Below the pieces are notes generated by a model. The model saw nothing but the letters and a program-made list of their open reading frames with translations, was not told the origin of the DNA and did no database searches. From Mobula hypostoma (lineage: Eukaryota): DNA of 64,000 nucleotides. How positions within the stretch are numbered: position 1 is the first letter of the stretch; the number at the start of each line of letters is the position of its first letter. The stretch spans positions 53,508,001 through 53,572,000 of the forward strand of contig NC_086097.1 in the NCBI RefSeq assembly GCF_963921235.1. Direction: 5' to 3'. Positions 62,290 through 64,000 of this stretch are shown in pieces. Position numbers and translations under genes: made by a program.

Positions 62290-64000
62290 GATGCTGAGGT
62301 CTTATTTCTCCTCCTGGTCACGATTACCACAGTCCTATTGTTAATGACCTGGGCAATGAGACTAGACATTTCCATCTACCATGGAAACTAGGGTCAGAAT
62401 TATTTTTCTGGAATTTCCTTTCTTGGATCCAGTCTCCTTTTTGAGGTTTCCAAGTTGTCTTGTCAGATCCTTTTGCTTTTTCTTGAATTCCCATAAATTC
62501 TCTCAATTTTTGAGGAGAGTTGTATCAGGTGTAGGTGATGGTTGGCCTGAGTTTGTGATCAGGGTGTATTTAGGTGGACATTTTACATTAAGCAATAAGG
62601 TACAACATTCTTGTATGCTCCTATTTTTGCAATGGGCTCTTTTGATTACAGACAGTTGAACTTTAGGGACAAGTGTTGCCTACTTTGCCTCCAGAGTAGA
62701 GCAGTTTTGCCAGGCCTCCTGACTCTCTCAATTCCTTCACTGCGTTATGCCACTCGATTGCGGCTGGAATGGAGTGCTGTACTTGAGTTGCATTCCTGTT
62801 TGTTCACACATGGCTTCGAAGCTCTTAACCCTGAAGGAAGTCTCTTGGTCTACATGTATGCAGGTGGGGTTGCCAGCACATGGGAGTACGTAGTTATGGA
62901 GTGCTGTCTCTCTACAAGAAGCCGTGGAGACTAATCAAGTATATCTTTTGCAAAGACCAGTTATCACAAGAAATATACTATTAGGTTTTCGATAAGGTGG
63001 GTTGTCTTTGGCTGACAGAAATAGGCCTATATAATTAACTTCCACACCCGCGTTGGTGCAGTTGGCTTTGTTTGTCCTATAGGAGGTGGTCTTGTGACTG
63101 CTCCTTTACGATAGACCAGACATTCTTTACCATTTGCAAGAAATCGCTTACATAGTCATACTTTATTGATCCCAGGGGAAACTGGTTTTTGTTACAGTTG
63201 CACCATAGATCCTCAGCACATAAAGCCACCAATATAACATGGCTAATTCTACATGAATGTTGAGTCTAATGCCATGACTGTGTACAAATCCTTGGTGGCT
63301 TTCTCAAATCAGTGCTTCCCACTTGTGGGCATGAGGTACTTGCCTCTTATTTCTTTTAGGGCAGCAAACCCAAACATTATCTTCACCATCAGCTTCATGC
63401 TTGTACTGTGTTGGAAATCCTTTGAGATGGGTTTAATAACATCTAGGAGAATGCTTAAACATCATCGTGATTACTCTTTATTTGTTACTTAGTTACAACC
63501 AAAACCCTGGCCTCCTTTAGCGTAGTAAGGTCCATCTGGCAGCTTGTTTTGCTTCTTTATTACCATAGCTGTGTAAGAGGCTTGCAGTTTGTCCCAGGAT
63601 GTATATCACTTGTACTAATGGTCTAACCAAAATACAAACTGTAAATTCATAAATTTTCTTCCATGTGGACAAATGAAGACGGAGTTTACTACTGTGTGTC
63701 CTCCAACCAGTAGCTGACTGGATGAGAAGATCTCTTTCTACCACGTTCCTGACATAATTAAAAGTAGGACTGGTTCTGTTGCGTTCACTTGTTTTGGACA
63801 TAACTCTAGGCATTGGAACCTGATTTTGAACGACTTGAGTTGCAAGTGCATCTTTTTCTAAAACTCTTGCAACTCATGTGGTTCAGAATCCGTTTCCATT
63901 AAAAAAAAAATCCTTTTATAATCAGGAACAGGGATTATGATTGAGTGAATCCTTATTTCTGGATTTTCATTGCTGGTCCATCACAATACCATATTTGGGA
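62290..64000 (-). pseudogene. pol: pol (RNase H and integrase) of foamy-like endogenous retrovirus; continues beyond the window
   Basis: IWYCDGPAMK; NYVRNVVERDL..SATGW..HLSTWKKI; H SYGNKEA; IN NED LKGFPTQY (63426); H..H..LYWW; NYIG (63036); IHVDQETSF (62859); STPFQPQSSG (62778); LVPKVQL; WKPQKGDWIQER (62452); VINNRTVVIV (62342). Confidence 0.92.
63151..63208 (-). mobile_element. 58-bp LINE 3' tail inserted in the integrase zinc finger
   Basis: Near-identical to 50881-50937; catag at both junctions. Confidence 0.85.

Overview
Eukaryotic, repeat-dense, CpG-depleted vertebrate DNA with no intact host gene that I can support. The repeat set (CR1, Rex1/Babar, RTE, Penelope with hammerhead motifs, Sushi-type chromovirus, Mag-type Gypsy) suggests a cartilaginous fish, probably a ray; this is inference. 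Main result: a decayed foamy-virus-like (spumaretroviral) endogenous retrovirus on the minus strand at about 57.9-64.0 kb. It shows RNase H, an integrase with foamy-type N-terminal extension and C-terminal domain, and an env with a leader-peptide membrane segment, two repairable furin sites and a TM remnant, split by later LINE insertions and running off the right edge. A second, older foamy-like gag-pol relic probably lies on the plus strand at about 6.5-8.0 kb. Other notable items: a two-exon unprocessed KIF23 pseudogene fragment (1.3-2.3 kb); a three-level nest (Mag Gypsy > chromovirus with a self-priming signature > four-TIR mariner MITE); a full-length RTE LINE with TSD; a 1.4-kb solo LTR; and two unexplained chains of back-to-back hairpins (22.2-22.5 kb, 36.9-37.2 kb). 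All protein comparisons were made by eye against family sequences recalled from memory; no searches were run. Boundaries of decayed repeats are approximate.
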